This document shows, one piece after another, positions 62,401 through 64,000 of a DNA stretch of 64,000 bases. The position numbers and the translations under genes are program-made. The stretch's first letter is position 1; each line of letters starts with the position of its first letter. The notes below the pieces were generated by a model. It saw only the letters and a program-made list of their open reading frames with translations. It had not been told where the DNA came from and searched no databases. The stretch spans positions 1-64,000 of the forward strand of contig KZ539112.1 of assembly GCA_000934665.2 (NCBI GenBank), read 5' to 3'. Source of the stretch: Catajapyx aquilonaris. Taxonomy: Eukaryota.

Positions 62401-64000
62401 CTCCAAAATGTTTATCTTACAATGTATACAGCGTGTCAGGTGCCCGCTTTAGTTAGTATTTTGTCACTCTAAGTTACGTTACTTTGGAACAGTTACTCAA
62501 TTTATAATCGTGAATAATGTGGCAGTTGCTAATATTAAGGTCGAATTGCAGTAAATTTTCGATAGAGAATTACCCATTGGAACAAATAGAGTTGCACGTC
62601 AATGATACAGCCTCATTTATAGGCGTTAAAAAGAGTAAGTATGTGAACTTAATATTAGCAGCTAATATTTTGATAATCATTAAAAGTAACTGCCTAAAAT
62701 TATCATATTAAGGAGGAGAAATCGATAACTAAAACTTGCAACATGCTCTCGTACAATGTGGTCAGTAATAATTCCTGCATTTTCAGGTATAGTATACGAT
62801 CCCTGGGGCCTAACACCCTCGGAAAATTTTGACATTATGATTCTGAAAATGCCACGGCATTTAGCACCGGTTTTAATCAAATTACGTAAAAGTGTATTTG
62901 GACGAGTTATTGATAGCCACTTCACTGTAACTGTCACTTATTAAGAACAATACAGCTTGCTCGGCAATACTCTTTATCGCAGGTAGCACAATAAATTCTA
63001 ATCTTTTTCTTTCGCATCCGGTGCTTGAATGTCAAATTACTCTCCATTTTTCACCCAAATTATTTTTCCATAAGTCATTGGTCAAAATATGTTGTACGGG
63101 GATCCAATCACCGTTTCACACTCTTCAGATTAATCATCAGTGTTTCTTTCGAATCTGAATGCATGTATCCCACCCTTGTCGCCTTATCAGCGATCATATA
63201 TTATTGTCACTACTCATTATACGTGTTTCTCTATGCGCAAGTGGAAGATCCCAGCAACGGAGACAGGAGAGTTAGTGGATCCTGAGGAGATGTACTGTGT
63301 ATCACAAAGTCGAAATAGGAAAAGAACCCCCAAATTTTGTTCCGAGTGACTGGAGTTCGAATTCGGACCAGGAGTGATTAATCCATCAACTATCCTCGTC
63401 CCCGCTGCTGGGACGGCCAACCTTTATAAGAATCTAGAAATTACATACACTGTACCAGCCTACACCAAAGTTTGCATGTTTATAGCTCATCCTTCATAAT
63501 CAGCAATAAAAACTAGCTGATCAGCCCTAACACGCAAAATCATTATATGACGCAACATATCGACCTATAGACACTTTCCCCCCCCAGAATGCTCCTCTCT
63601 TTCCATACTGCCATACTTATATATATTTTTTTGCCGTTGTTTACAGGGCTAGGAAATGCTAGCAACTCCAAACCCCGTCATTTCAGGTCTGCCTAAATTA
63701 TTTTCCTCATCTATGGTCAGAGCCATTTTCACACTCCTAAGTCATTTGAAATTGCGAGTTAGAGGTCCGTAGACAGTAACAATTTGAGGTTGGAAAAGAG
63801 GCAGGCGCATGTTCCCTTCTCCCGTTGATGTCTGCAGCAGGATGGCTACATGGCCTGGAAGGAAAACCCTCAGCCTTTGGCCCGCCAGCCTGCAATTACG
63901 CCCAATTCCAATCCCTCGGCCTCTATTATGCAAAGCGCCGCGGCTTCAAAGCGCAATAAATCCTCCGCCACCGTTTATTCCCGCCTAAATAACTCCCTTA

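Noticed and set aside
63345..63375. B-box-like GGAGTTCGAATTC
   Set aside because: No convincing A box, cloverleaf or SINE tail nearby.
19005..64000. STAT (TTCnnnGAA), Su(H) (GTGGGAA) and isolated TACGTG sites
   Set aside because: Present, but the numbers I saw are about what chance predicts, so I cannot claim enrichment.

Overview
Eukaryotic (arthropod-like) genomic DNA, not prokaryotic: no operons, rRNA, tRNA genes or CRISPR arrays are supportable. The left 19 kb hold two convergent genes. On + is the last coding exon of a ChaC/CHAC2-type gamma-glutamylcyclotransferase (676-1101). On - is a complete trachealess (trh; NPAS1/3 family) bHLH-PAS gene, which I could splice by hand into 11 GT-AG coding exons (19004 down to 2732) with consistent phases, 3216 nt, 1071 aa. 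The remaining ~45 kb upstream of trh has no recognisable coding exon and looks like a large developmental regulatory domain. It carries about 20 exact POU octamers (ATGCAAAT), dense ACGTG clusters, microsatellites, a palindromic minisatellite and possible decayed transposons. I found no clearly novel biological system. The best leads are regulatory: octamer enrichment, possible stop-codon readthrough of trh, alternative splice options around the bHLH exon, and a phased triple CTCF/YY1-like motif at the locus edge. Comparisons to Drosophila and human proteins are from memory, not from a database search. The species cannot be determined from this window.
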